Notes: generated from the letters alone by a model not told the origin. A stretch of DNA of 63,126 bases, filler included, from Ministeria vibrans ATCC 50519 (GCA_943704425.1; 10 parts of 10 records of this genome joined end to end with filler, not necessarily neighbours in it), one strand, 5' to 3'. Positions 35,441 to 48,474 are shown, numbered from the whole stretch's first letter. A program made the numbers and translations.

Positions 35441-37458
35441 TCAGAAAAAGTCACTGGCCTGCATGGAGTGGCGACCGCGCGAGCGACCCGGCTCGCCCAG
35501 CTTGATCTTCTTCTTAATCTGAGGGGTACGGAAGGGTTTGAGCACACCGCGTTCGGGCTTCTTCTCGGGGGTGAACGCGGGGGATGTCTTGTCAACGCTG
35601 AGAGACGCCAGAAAGTTCTAAGGGGCGATCAGATAGTAAGCAATGTGCATGTGTGTGTGTGTGATAGAGCAACGTACCTGAGATTTGTTGCTCTTCAAGC
35701 TGATTCGGACACGTTTCTTGCCAGCGGGAGTGCCCTGGGGAGTGACAAGTCCACTGGCGTCCATCTCAACCGTCTCCTTCTTTGCGACTGCCTCGGGTTC
35801 CTTCTTCTCTTTCACCTCCTTTGTCTCCTTCTTCTCCTCCTTTGTCTCCTTCTTCTCTTTCTTTCCACCCTTCTTCTCTACCACCTCCTTCGTCTCTTTC
35901 ACCTCTTTCTTGGCCTCCTTCGTCTCCTTCTTCTCTTTCACCTCCTTCACCTCTTTCTTTCCCTCCTTCGTTTCCTTCATCTCTTTCTTTCCCTCCTTCG
36001 CCTCCTTTTCTTTCACCTCCTTCACAACAGCCACTTTTGTCTCCTTCTTGTTCTTCTCCACATTCACCTTCACCTTCTTCGTCTTTGTCTCCTCCTTCTC
36101 CTCCTCCTCCACCACTCTGCGCTTCTTTCCCTTGACCTCCTTGACCTCCTTCTTTGCCTTCTTCTTCGTGTGCCTCTCCACTATCCTCTCCTCTTCCCCG
36201 TCCTCCTCGTCCTCCTCGTCCTCGTCCTCGTCCTCCTCCCGCACCCGCTTCAACTCCGCCCCTGTCGCACTAATGCCCCCCTCCCTCAGCAACTCTCGTC
36301 GCAGCTTGTACAGCAGTGTTCGGTTCGCCTCAACAGTCCCCTCTGCGTCCTCTGCCCCTTCAAGCAACAGCTCACCAATCTGCACTGCGCTCAGGGTCAC
36401 TCGCTCCTTCTTCTCCTCCTCTTCCTCCTCGTCGTCGTCGTCCTCTTGTTGTGGTTTCTCAACCGCCCGTCTGATGACGTTGTCGGCAACACGCAAAAAG
36501 AGTGTGCGGTTGCGCGTACGTTGCAGCAGCGACACAAACGGCTCAAGCAGTGTCCGTGCGACGGCGGCCGATGGACGCGTCCGGCTGTCGCTCCCACTGC
36601 GCACCGCCGCCTCAAATTCCTCCCAAAACGAATCAGTCAGGTGGTAGCGCAGTCCATCGGGCACAGACTGATCGTCGACAGACAGCGGAATGTCCGAGAG
36701 TGCCTTGAGGAAGGCACTGAGCGTGAGCGCGTCCCAACCACGCTGAGAGCAAAACGTGAACATGTGGCGCAGCGACAGACGCACCAGCAGATAGTACTTG
36801 TCCATGCGGAGTCGATCAATGCCATGCCACTCACGACGGAGCTCCTGCAAATACGAACGAAACCACACAACAGCACTGCACACGCAATGCAATCCGTCGT
36901 GTCAGTGTCCCTCTTCACCTCTCGTCTCTTCGTCTTCACTACCTGTCGGTGTTTTGAAACACATTGATCAACTGGGCGAGATTGTCGGCAACCTCACGCT
37001 GCACAGGCGGCTTGTCCGAGTGCCACATGCAGTAGAAGAGAGCCTGGAGAGAACACAGAGAGGGAGAAAAAAAAGATTTTGAAACAGTCAGTATTTCCAA
37101 TCAAACGTGTGAAAAGAGTCGTCGTATCGGCACGCCCCGATAAACACGGTAAAACACAGAATCGGAGAGGGGGTCTTCAAAGGGGAAAGGGGGAGGAAAA
37201 GGCGGGGGGAGGGAGAGTTGGGCGGGAAAGAGCAAAGGCACACTTTTACACGTGTGAACGACAAGACGAGGCTCGCGCGGAGCAACGTACACCGCATCGT
37301 ACCTTCCACAACTTATCGCAGTCGGACGAGGGCAAACCGGCCGCCGAAGCTTCGCCTTTGCGCGCCAACCATGATCGGAGTTTCCGAAGGGTCTTGTTGC
37401 GCGTTCGCGTCTCGTTGGCTGCCAGCTTGCGTGCAATGTTGCTGTACACAACGTCCAT
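35441..37458 (-). CDS. RRP1: Ribosomal RNA processing protein RRP1/Nop52, multi-exon, KE-rich tail
   Basis: IARKLAANETRTRNKTLRKLRSW, DKLWK|ALFYCMWHSDKP, REWHGIDRLRMDKYYLLVR, PDGLRYH, KKRVRISL, C-terminal ASDFF*. Confidence 0.9.
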
Positions 37459-37809
37459 CCTGTTTTATTCACTCCGAACCAAATAATTAATAATGAAAAA
37501 TGGTCAGTATGTTCAAAAATCTATTTTGTAAATGAAATTCAAAGGATACAGTGAGTGTGAGTTCACCGCTACCCCTCCCCTCTCCGATCCCTCGTCTTTT
37601 TTGTCCATCAATCATCTTACTCATCACACTCGTCACTCCGTCCTACTGACGAACAGTGATACCCAGACAGTCAGTTACAAGTCACAAACTGTGTGTGTGC
37701 AAAAACTGTGAGCTATTATCATAATAGCTTTGAATAATATTTTGATCTTTCTTTCATTAATTCATTTTTTCTTCTTCTCCTTCTTTTTTGAGCGCAGTCC
37801 CGAATAGAG

Positions 37810-37994
37810 ATGCGCTTTGCTGGGATCGCTGTTGCGATCGCACTTGTGTGCATTTCAAGATGCTCGGCTCTGCTGAACATCAACCAGATGCAGTCGTCGC
37901 TCGATGCGAACTTCAACCTGACAGTCAGCGGTGGCAATCCGCTCAACTTTGGCTACTCTGTCACCATCCAGAACGCCTCCGACTCCTCCAAATG
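37810..37994 (+). CDS. First exon of a secreted/membrane protein resembling an integrin alpha N-terminus (fragment)
   Basis: Signal peptide, then ...NFNLTVSGGNPLNFGYSVTIQNASDSSKW|GT, resembling the first FG-GAP blade (FGYSV...W-LLVGAP). The rest is off contig. Confidence 0.5.
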
Positions 37995-38321
37995 GTACCG
38001 CCGCCCTTTACCAACCCACTCCTTCCCCTTGGCCTGCTTTCCTGCATTTGCTATCGTCGATGCGTCTTTTTTTTTTTTTTNNNNNNNNNNNNNNNNNNNN
38101 NNNNNNNNNNNNNNNNNNNNNNNNTTAATTAATTAANNNNNNNNNNNNNNNNNNNNNNNNNNNNNNNNNNNNNNNNNNNNATTACACGTCGCCGTGAACG
38201 CTTTGACCAGGCTGGCAAAGAACAGAAAGAAAGGCGTGCCCTCCATAAACAGTAAATATTAACATGGACACACATCCGTGATCTGTGAAATTCATATTAT
38301 GTTGCCCTTCGATTACATGCA

Positions 38322-38968
38322 GGGTAAAGGACCAGGAGGCGGGTCTCGTGCGGCTTGGTCGCCTAAGTGCTGCAGAGGAGGAAAAGAAACGTAAGAAGGA
38401 GCAGGCCAAAGCGACCATGGGCGCGAGACTGGCGGTCGACTCCACCGCGATGAAACCAGTTGTCGCAGCCTCTGGACCGCCTCGCCATCGTGGTCCATCG
38501 GCGGCGGTGGTGAAAGCGATCCAGGGTGCTACATCGTCCACCGAGGTCACATCCTCTGATGCTGACAATGACAACCCCACCAACGCCCACCAGGAAGGGC
38601 TCTTGGCGCACGGCCTTGGGCTTTCTCGAACCCGCCGTAAGGTGGTAGAGAGAATGTCAAGAGAGGCTGCGGCCATGGCCGACGTTGTGCATGTTGCGCT
38701 CTCTGATATGTCTAGAGAGCAGGAGAAATTGTACAATGCGCAGCAGAAAGCGCATGAAGCACAACAAGAAACGAACCACCTACTCCGACTGTTGCTTGCT
38801 TCGCAGGGCGTCGCTCTTCCCCCGATGACGACTGCTTCAACGACAACGACTACAACTACGACGAGCCAGCCAAGCGGTACACCTGATGAAAGCCATGACG
38901 ACGTCGAAGACGACGATGGCGACTATAACAACTTCGACGATGGTGATAGTCACGGCGAGCACGCCTAA
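38322..38968 (+). CDS. 3' exon of a probable Harbinger accessory (Myb/SANT-type partner) protein
   Basis: Charged low-complexity region and coiled-coil end (REQEKLYNAQQKAHEAQQETNHLLRLLL), convergent with the transposase. The DNA-binding domain is not visible. Confidence 0.5.
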
Positions 38969-39027
38969 CTTGATACGATGTTGCTTAAGTTGTTCAACTT
39001 GCAACCGTACGGAGGTGTACATTACTA

Positions 39028-40438
39028 TTACAATGACTGCGACGTCCAATACTTGCCAAGCTTAAAATACTCCGTGAGAGTGGGCGTGGTCGTGCCAAAC
39101 CGAGCACTAATAACACTGCCATCTGCAAACAGAAGCAAAGTATTCAACTATAAGATTATACATCGACGGAACGCTAATGCATGCGAGGGGATTACTGTAA
39201 CTTACACAAGATTGTGTGAGCATTGGTTAATAGTACCGCGGTTACAAGTTTGTTGCCAACGTCATGAGGGCGCCCCAATGACCGCAGGAAGTTCGGCAGG
39301 TAGAAGCCTTGCCAAAGCTTCAAAAGAAGAACAATCAAATGTACTATTATGTAACAATCGCATTTTGACTCTTGCTTCCATCCTTACTTGCGATTTCATC
39401 TTTCCAAACATCTGCTCGACGCTAATGCGGCCCGAAGAGTGCTCATGATTGAAGGCGCGTTGAGTATCGTTAAGTGCTGGCGCGTAGGGAGTCACAAACA
39501 CGTCGTTTGAGGCAAACACTGCATCAGCGAAGACGACAAATCGTGGCAAGCTCTCGCCGTCGGGGCACCAGAGGCGGTAGAGCATGTCCGAAAGTCCGCA
39601 CATCCTCACAATCCCTGGATCATTGTAGTTACCAGGATGTGCACAGCTGTAGTATGCAATGATCCCGTCGAGTGTCGTCACCTACGCTTCGTGCGGAAAT
39701 GTGCACGGCGCCAGCGTTAATTTGCAATTTGGCTGTTATCGGGTTCCTTACCGCTAGGTTGTTCGTTGCATGCTCCCTGTGCTTATAGTTGAAACAAACT
39801 TGCTCCGTCTCCTTGCTGACAAAATCTTTTGCGAGGCGGTTAGGTTGCCCCATTTTGAAGACGACACCGTCGGCAGCCCCAACGACTCGGCAGTGGGATC
39901 CGCGAGGGCCCGTGTAGGGAATGTAGCTCGCGTTCTCGTAGACTGTGTCGGCAAGTTGGTCCAGGTGACCAGCATCATCGGCGTAGCGCAAATAATCGCC
40001 CTCTAGTATGTTGCTGAAGCCAGTGGCGATGTGGTCAAGAAGAGCGTTGCGAGCGTAACTACATGTCGCGTAGTCGAGGCTGTAAGACGTCGCCAGCGCC
40101 TGTAGACTCGCCCCGTGAGAAAAATGCTCGAGAAGCATACACATCGCATCTCCTGCACTGACATAGTGTCTTTCCGGAAGCGAAATCCAGTCGGGCAAGC
40201 CGAATACGGTGGTGAGCTTTTCGATATCTTCAGGCGCGAATTTCAAATGCTCATTGGCTTCAACATCCAAGTTGAGAAGCCCGTGGTGAGTGCTCTCCCG
40301 TGTACGACGTGCGACGGTACGTATGGCCTGTTCAAAGCTCGCGCGGTCCATCGCCATCCACTGGTCTTCGGTGAAGCGCCCGTCAAGTCCCGAGATCATC
40401 ACATCAAAAAACATCTCGGCCAACTCGCTTTTTCCCAT
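39028..40438 (-). CDS. Harbinger/HARBI1-like DDE transposase, 395 aa, 3 introns (39682-39751, 39318-39387, 39123-39205)
   Basis: VVGAADG, FNYKHREH, PGNYND, VFADAVF, QRAFNHEHSSGRISVEQMFG, LLTNAHTILYG...RFGTTTPTLTEYF. Exon lengths sum to 1188 nt in frame. Confidence 0.88.
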
Positions 40439-40788
40439 TTTGAGGATATCAACGCACGAGAGGTAGTCACTGGCACACACTGCAGCACGTTGGTGGACAA
40501 GGAGAAAAAATGAAGCTCCAAAGGAAGTGGGACAAAGTTGAACAAAAAGTTGATTTTCATTGCGTATAACACCTTTTTCGGTGCCTAAAAAAAACGAAAA
40601 ATAAATAGACAAATCAGCTCGCGCCAGTTGTCCTAGGCGAATTGGGTCATTGAATGAGTGACTGTGGAAGCAAAATCGCGGAAATTTGTAAAAATTCCAA
40701 AATTGACTCGATAGCGTATGGTCTTGAGTGAAAGTGACTGAATTGTGTTTCACAGTTTGTTTTTTTTTTCCCACTCTTTCTTTGTAAC

Positions 40789-41431
40789 ATGGCGTGGTCA
40801 GACTCTGCGTGCGACCAATTCTTTCACATCGCATCGGAGGGCGACACGAGAGTGTCGGGAAGCGCAGCAGTCGCCTTCTTTGGGCGCTCTGGACTGCACG
40901 CCACGAAACTGGCGCAGGTACGACGCTACACGCACTCAGAGGGGACGCTGCACCCGCATACCCATGGGCCGTGTGTCTGTTTTGGCAGCTGTGGACAGAC
41001 GCCGACCGGGAGCACGAGGGATCGCTTGACAGCGCTGGATTCAGACGGATGCTGCGCTCTGTCGCACTTGTCCAGCACAACCTGCCGGCCGACGCTGCTC
41101 GTACGACACCCCCCCCACACACATTCACACACCCACACACACATGCACTCTCGAGCCGCATCATTCTCTTGTTCATTCGCTGTTTGACGTAACGCAAACA
41201 AGTGTTTGAAATAGGAAGTGCACTGCAAAATCGCAATCTTATTTGAATTGTATTGTTAGACGTCCCTCTGCCATCCCTGGAGGGAATTCAATTGGACGAA
41301 CCAAGCGGAACAGTCTCCATTGTGACTATTCCACGGTCATCAGACGGCCTCTTCACAGACGACTCATTGTCAACAGCCATATCAGACTCGTACTTACAAT
41401 AACAATCATGACAACAACAATAATAATAATG

Positions 41432-41467
<36 letters not shown>

Positions 41468-43255
41468 ATACTAATAATTATAATCATAATAATAACAATG
41501 TAATAAAACATACGTGAATCGTTTGCAGCGAACGTGCCCATCGCTGGGTTGAGTTTTGCGATCTCCATCCCACAGAGGGAAAGATCTCTGGTATGGACTA
41601 TTTGACTCGAACACCAAAATAAATAATAATGATAATAATTAATAATAATAATAATTATAATTATTATGATAATAATTAATTATTATTATTTTGCAGGGGA
41701 CAAAGCTCTGTCGTTCTTTCAACAAAGCCAACTTCCAAATGCAGAGCTTGCGCAAATTTGGGCACTCGCTGACATGGACAAGGACGGGTCGTTGACCTTT
41801 GCCGAGTTTTGCATTGCAATGCATCTCACCATTGTCCGCCTGAGCACAGGCAATGCGATTCCCGCCACACTCTCAAGCACACTCATGGCCTCGGCAAATG
41901 GGACGGTTAGCGCCAGAGCGTCAACGACCGCCCCAAATGCTCCCATCATCAACTCCACGACCCTTGCCATTATGATACCCGAGCTTGCCGACGACCCCTT
42001 CCTCGAAGGCGAAGACATCCCCATTGTCGACGAGCACGGCCAGCCGCTCGCCGTGCTGCCCCATGAACAGGCGACACCCATCCATAGTGGTGGCGACTCT
42101 GCCTGGCCACCCACTGCGCTGCCCACTGAAGACGGCTATTCCATTGGCTCGGCTCTGCAAGCACGGACACAGGCATCGCAGCCGCCTTCGGAAATGTTTT
42201 GGCGTCGAGCCAGCAACGCAAGCGGGCACATGCACGGTGCCACCGACGACAGCAGCACAGCCGACAACGATGACATCGTCAACGGTGGCACCGACATTTT
42301 CTTGCGCGGCGTCTCCTTCAGCACCCCTGCTGACATCAGTGATCTCGACCCGTATGCTCCTGACGCACTCTCTCCTATCGATCCCTCGGCGGAGCAACCC
42401 TCACTGGAGGAAAACAACCAACCATTTTCTGCCATCCCCGAGGTCAGTGCAGTGCGCCCTCGCGGCTCCATTGATGCCTCTGCGCAGCGCCACGCGCGGA
42501 GACGCTCGAAAGGGAAGCAGCCAGCGACCGTCAAGGATGTTGTTAGCACCGCGAGCTCGCGTCCCGAGTCCATTGCTAGCAGCGTCATGCCTGATCATCT
42601 CACGCATGTGCCCAAGACCAGTGGCCAGCCCGAGCGGACCCTTGCACAAGTCGAGAGTGAGTTCCCGCCGCTTGCTACGCCGGTGAACAACGCAAGTCTG
42701 GTGCCAGCGATACCGGAGACCGCCGACGATCGCAATCACCAGCTGCTCCACCAACTTATGCTGAGTGACCATGGTGAGCAAGGACGAAAGCGGCGGCAGA
42801 AGGAACTGGAACAGCTTGAGACGAGCGGACCCACCGACGAGGAGACGACACCCTCGAGCGCACTGCAACTGTACGACTCGGCGGGGGGAGTCGGCCAAGC
42901 TCTCGCACGCACGCCCGAAAACGAAGCCAATCTGAGACTACTGGCCTACAAGCGCCGCCGCGGCTGTGCCACCCTCATCTTTGGCTCAAAATTGTACATT
43001 TTTGGCGGGCAAAGTCGTGTGCTGGAGCACATTGACATTGTCCCGGTAACGCTGGTGGAGCGCTACGATCCGACAACACGCCAGTGGTCGTCGCTGCCTT
43101 CCCTGCGTGTTCCTCGTCTCGGTGCGACTGTGGCCGCTGTGGGCAAGACTATTTATTGCATTGGAGGCTTTGACGGACAGCGCTACCTAAACAGTGTTGA
43201 GCGATTTAACCCCCAGTTGCAAATGTGGGAGGTGATTTCATCCATCATGAAATAA
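40789..43255 (+). CDS. EH-EH-linker-Kelch protein, multi-exon; C-terminus possibly incomplete
   Basis: EH1: VSGSAAVAFFGRSGLHATKLAQ|LWTDADREHEGSL. EH2: GKISG|DKALSFFQQSQLPNAELAQIWALADMDKDGSLTFAEFCIAMHL. Kelch: LYIFGG...VERYDP...W, IYCIGGFDGQRYLNSVERFNP...WE. Confidence 0.82.
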
Positions 43256-43383
43256 GTTATTATACAGAAACAGTCTTTTAATTGGTACAAAGAGGAGCGA
43301 TTTAATGTGTGTAGGTGTGTAGAGAGAAGATAAATGAGGGGAGAGGAGAGGAGAGGAGAGGAGAGGAGAGGAGAGGAGAGGAA

Positions 43384-43442
<59 letters not shown>

Positions 43443-43478
43443 AGTGATAGAGAGAACACAGTGATAGAGAGAGTGAAC

Positions 43479-43669
43479 TCATGAGAAGAAGTACTCTGAT
43501 TTGCGGACCTCTTCGAGGTTTAACGTGCCACGTGACGGAAGAGGTGGCAAACGGGGCGTATAGAAGGATGAATTGCCACCAAAACAAGCATGAAGTTGGT
43601 CCTGTAGCTCTTGAGCAAGACGTTCAACAACTCCGCTCTAAAGAAGGAATTAATGACAATTGTATAACA

Positions 43670-43722
<53 letters not shown>

Positions 43723-44610
43723 CAGTATTGTGTTATGATATGTGTGAGTGCGTGTGTGTGTGTCAGACAAGAATTATATATTTCACCACTTACAGAGTGT
43801 AATACGTAGAACTGCTCGCGAGTGTGATATGAGAGACGGTCGACGTCACATGCGTGGGTCCAGTAGGAGTCGTGAACGGTCGCAATGTCAATATCTTCCT
43901 TCTCGCATTCAAGGGCCGTCATGTACAGATGAGTCGAGTCGAGCGAGTGAATGAAGTTGGGGGCAAAACCGGACTTCTGACGCCCTTTGTCGATGGCACC
44001 CTCTTCCTGAGAAGGGAGAGAGAGAAAGGGAGAGAAAGAAGAGAGAGAGAAAGGAGGGGGAAAGAAACGAAGCAACGTGATAGAAAGAAAGGAGAAAAAA
44101 AAACAAAGTGATAAAGGGAGAGAGAGAGAGAGAGAGAAACAAAGAGATAAAGAGAGGGTGAGGGTGAAAAAAATACGAGAATCGGCACAAGCGACAATTA
44201 ACAAAGATGTAAACAAGGCGACATACGTGCTGATACGGCTGGGCAACGCAGAATCCAAGTGGAGTGTGCCACATGAGACGCATGTTGTGTTTGGTGAAAA
44301 TTGCTCCTGTCTTCTTCAGCCACACTTGCAGTTCGTGTGCGTGCGTGAACAACTCCTGCAGAATCCTAAAAATATCCGAAGCAATCGCACTGCTTGCCTG
44401 GCGCTAAAAACGGAATAAGATGAGCGACAAGAGGAATAAAGACAGAGCAAATGGCAAGTCACGTACCAGCGAGTCACCGTGGAGGAAGCCCTGAAGCTGC
44501 CCGGCGACCTGCTTGCGCGCCCCGTACATGGTCACACCGTACACGTTGGTCATGATAGTTTGCTTGACAACCTAATAAACGGGAATTGAGAGGGGTGAGA
44601 GAAAAAAAGG

Positions 44611-44708
<98 letters not shown>

Positions 44709-46600
44709 ACAAAGTGATAGAGAGAGAGAGTACGAAAGAGAGAGTGGAAGTGTTTGATTGCGTTACAGATCGAGTGATGAAATTTGCGAGGACGGCGCCG
44801 TGATCAGTTTTTGAGAGGGAGCTGATTAGTAGCCGTGCGACTTCGCTGTACACATCGCAGGGCTTGTCGGCTGGTAAAACGTTCACAGCCTTGGCACCGC
44901 GCACATCGCCACCGAGCCCAGCGTAATGCTGTAATCCGTTGCACGAGCCGTCGATTTGGACAGGGATAGAGGATCTGGTCAGAGCGTACAAGTGGCAGCG
45001 AGTAAGTCAGAGAGAGTCAGAGAGAGAGAGAAAACAAAGTGATAGAAAGAGAAAGTGATAGAGAGAGAATGTAAAAGAGAGAGAAAGTGATAGAGAGAAA
45101 GAAACAATGTGAAAGAGAGAGAGAAAAACACAAAGTGATAGAGAGAAATAAAGTGATATAGAGAAAGTGATCGAGAGAAACGAAAGTGATAGAGAGAGAA
45201 AAACAAAGTGAGAAACAAAGCCGATAGAGAGAGAAAATTCAATGTCCGTACTTGTAGAGTTCAGGGCCTTCGGGATGAATGAGTGCGGAATAGAGATCAG
45301 TCGCGACGGCGAGTGCCTGAAAGGGCATCTCGGCGGTCTTCCACCAGCGGCAGTGCTCGTGGTCGCCCCACGGATCCAGTGCCGCCGCGCGCACCATGTC
45401 AAAAGTGTTATCGAGGAATCTAATGCGCGCGTCGTAGCTGCCCTTCTCGGCACCAGAGCCGTACGAGTTCGTCATATGGACCTTGAGCCAGTGTAGTCCT
45501 CGCTTGCCCAGTGGCTTGGCTCGCCCAAACTGCATCAGCGCTGAGAAGAACAACATAGGAGTGATTCAGTATAGTTATTTTCAATACGTGCGAAGGCACG
45601 AATCCTCTCTATATCTGTTTCTGTGCGCGCACCTCGACTATGATCGCCGCCCGTGTGGGTCAGGATGTGGCTCAGCGAGTAAGCACGGCCGCGGAAGTCG
45701 GCCGTGTGTGGGACGTAGAAGGGCTGGTGAAGGAGCTTCGTCGCCATGTCCAGTCGCCGAGTGATATCATCCACGAGAGGTCGGTCAAGCCAGTCCTGTT
45801 GGATAATACGGTCCCGGGTCTCGTACTCATACGGAAAGTGCACTCCGTAGAGTTTCATGTTGCGCTGTTTCTTGCACATCTCATAAAACTCGAGGGCTTC
45901 AGGTGACCCAAAATTTTTGAGATTTTCGCGGATCAGCTCCATCTCAGGATCATGTCGGATCTTGGGCTACACACAATCAAAAGGAAGTGTGTGTGCGTGT
46001 GTGTGAATTTGTGAAAGAAAGAGTTAAAACAGCAAGATGGAGAGAAACAAAGTGACAGAGAGGAAGAAAAAGTAATGGAGAGAGAAACCAAGTGACAGAA
46101 AGCAAGAAGGAAAGTGACAAGGAGAGAGAAACAAAAGTGACAGAAAGGAAAGGAAGAAACAAAGTAACAGGGAAATAATTAAAGAAAATGGGCCATACCA
46201 CGTCAAAACGGCTGCCGCCTTCGTTAAAAACGTGCAGCAGTGCCTGGTAAACGTGAGGGTTGACGCGCCACGCCACGTTCTGCAGAATCGAAAGTCCTCT
46301 CAGAGCACGCGCAGCGCGTTCAGGGTCTTGTGGGGTGACGATTTCGTTTCGTACCAGCTCGCCTAAAAAAAAAACAACAACAAAAAAACCCAAGCAAATG
46401 CGTTGAGGGAAGTAACTCTCCTTATGTCCCCCTGTCGTGCATTTGGGTTTTAGTCGTACTTCCAGAACCAGCAGAGTTCAAAATGTGTCCTCCCACAAAG
46501 CTTGAAGACCATGGGACGGGCTTTACAAGCATCGGCTCCATAAGCTTTTCCTCAATGGCAAAACTTTTAAGCCGGTCATGTCTTCCCACGCTGATAGTAT
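43479..46600 (-). CDS. POLRMT: Mitochondrial single-subunit (T7-like) RNA polymerase, 5' end off contig
   Basis: DFRGRAY, GLHWLKVH, PVQIDGSCNGLQHYA, VKQTIMTNVYGVT, WHTPLG, FAPNFIHSLDSTH, VHDSYWTH, C-terminal EVRKSEYFFS*; many introns. Confidence 0.95.
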
Positions 46601-46986
46601 TCGACTGGAAGGGTCAAACAATGCAAAATTAGACCAAAACGAAGAAAAAAAAANNNNNNNNNNNNNNNNNNNNNNNNNNNNNNNNNNNNNNNNNNNNTTA
46701 ATTAATTAANNNNNNNNNNNNNNNNNNNNNNNNNNNNNNNNNNNNNNNNNNNNAAAAAAAAAAAACTCTTCATTTCTCTCCCTTCTCTCTGCCTCTCTCT
46801 CTCCGCCGGGAACGCCTGTTTTGCTGCTCTGCTCCTTCAATCATGCCCAGCGGCCTTGTGTGAGCCCTCCCCGCGCCCCTCCCCCGCCCCTGTCGCTCCA
46901 GACCCGTCGTTTGGCTCCGGCGGTTTTTAATAGCCCTCGTTCAATGACGCAAACCTGATTGCCTTGTCTCCTCTGCGCTCCTTTAG

Positions 46987-48409
46987 AACTCTCCTACAAG
47001 ACCGTTTGCCGGCTACCCATTGGTAAACTGGAGTTTCAACAGTTCTGCGAGTACACCCCCTACTTGATGAAGCCCATGGAGCTCCAGACCAAAATCGTAA
47101 GCAAACCCTCTTATACCAAAAAAAAAAAAAAAAAAAAAAACGTTGCGCGGAAGGCGTGATGCTGCATCAAAGAGGCTCGAGAACCAAAAATGCCCAGAAA
47201 CCCCTCTTGCGTCGCTTCTTTTCGCGCTATTTCTCTTCCTTTGCTGCTCAAACGTATGCTTCAGCCAGCTTTGTTGTTTCTCTTTTCCTTTTTTTCTTTT
47301 TCTTTTTTTTGTGAAAGGGAAACCCAAAAAAGTCAAAATCCTCTCACAAAAGGTCGCTCATCCCTCACATCCCTCGCTCGCCCCTCCTGCTTCCCTCACG
47401 CACACCCCCCTCTCTCCTTCTCGCCATGGTATGCCCCTCCCTTCTCTCCTTCTTAAGCATTTGCGTCCCTCATATCTCTTCTCATTCCAAAAAAACTCGC
47501 AAAACTCGCAAAACTCTCCGCGTCTCTCCACCGCCGCCCGTCCTGTTTGCCGCACCGCCTCTTTTGGACCCCAGTCTTCCTCTGCGGCTGTTCTACCGCA
47601 TGCCTTCCCTGCAGAACTTTTCAATTGCCGCACAATAACCAAATTGTTTTCCCTTCTTGTCAAAACTTCTGTCATCATCATATCTCTATCGTGCGTGTCG
47701 TTTTCATGAAGCGACTGTGCACTTTCAATCAATCATATAGTTTATCACCTTTGAGTGTGTATGTGTGCGTGTGCCACTTTTATTTTGTATCCTTACTCAT
47801 TTTTCATATCTTTTTGTGTATGGCTTCATCTTTCTCTTGTGCAGGCAAAATTCCACATTGCAGTGGACACAGAGCGAGGGAAAATTGCACACGGGATTGT
47901 AAACACCCTTCTTTCACCGCTTCACGTACGTCTAATTTGGCTAAAACGAAGAACGAGCAGGAAGGAACTCATTTTTTGCATCTCTTCAAAATAGGCTGAT
48001 TTGGCGCATCTGCCGAGCGACGAGGTGGATCGCCTTGTAAATGTGATTGAGGGTGCGTCCGAGTACCCGTCGGATATTTTCCAGTCGCTGTTCGACCGCA
48101 ACGATGAGTTTTTGCAAGGACTGCCCTTTGCACAGTTTCAGGTGTCGCCCTGGTTCTCGCGTTACCTCCAGTGGATGTGGCTGCAGAAGATTCCCATTGA
48201 CAAGGACCGCATCCGCCTATACCGTGTACTGGGCAAGGGCGGTTTTGGCGAGGTGTACGCATGTCAGAAGCGCGACACGGGCATGATGTACGCCGTCAAG
48301 TGTCTCGACAAGAAGCGCATCAAGAAGAAGAAGGCTGAGTCGCTCGCGTGGAACGAGCGCGATCTCCTTGAGTCCATTGACTCTAGATTCGTCTGTGGCC
48401 TTAAGGTAT

Positions 48410-48474
<65 letters not shown>

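Larger units (their letters stand above)
38181..40590. mobile_element. PIF/Harbinger DNA transposon (two convergent genes); left end off contig, right end uncertain
   Basis: Harbinger-type DDE transposase converging (60 bp apart) with an accessory-type ORF. Candidate right end near GGTGCC|TAA at ~40586 cannot be verified without the other TIR. Confidence 0.75.

Noticed and set aside
27099-40590. Laminin-like gene + integrin-like exon + transposon as one gene cluster
   Set aside because: They lie on three different contigs separated by artificial linkers.
40439-41236. N-terminal 266 aa of the 535-aa ORF as part of the transposase
   Set aside because: It is antisense to the EH-domain exons and spans a promoter; transposase similarity starts at MGKSEL (40438).
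43479-46600. Phage or linear-plasmid T7-like RNA polymerase
   Set aside because: Many spliceosomal introns and the YFFS terminus indicate the normal nuclear-encoded mitochondrial enzyme.
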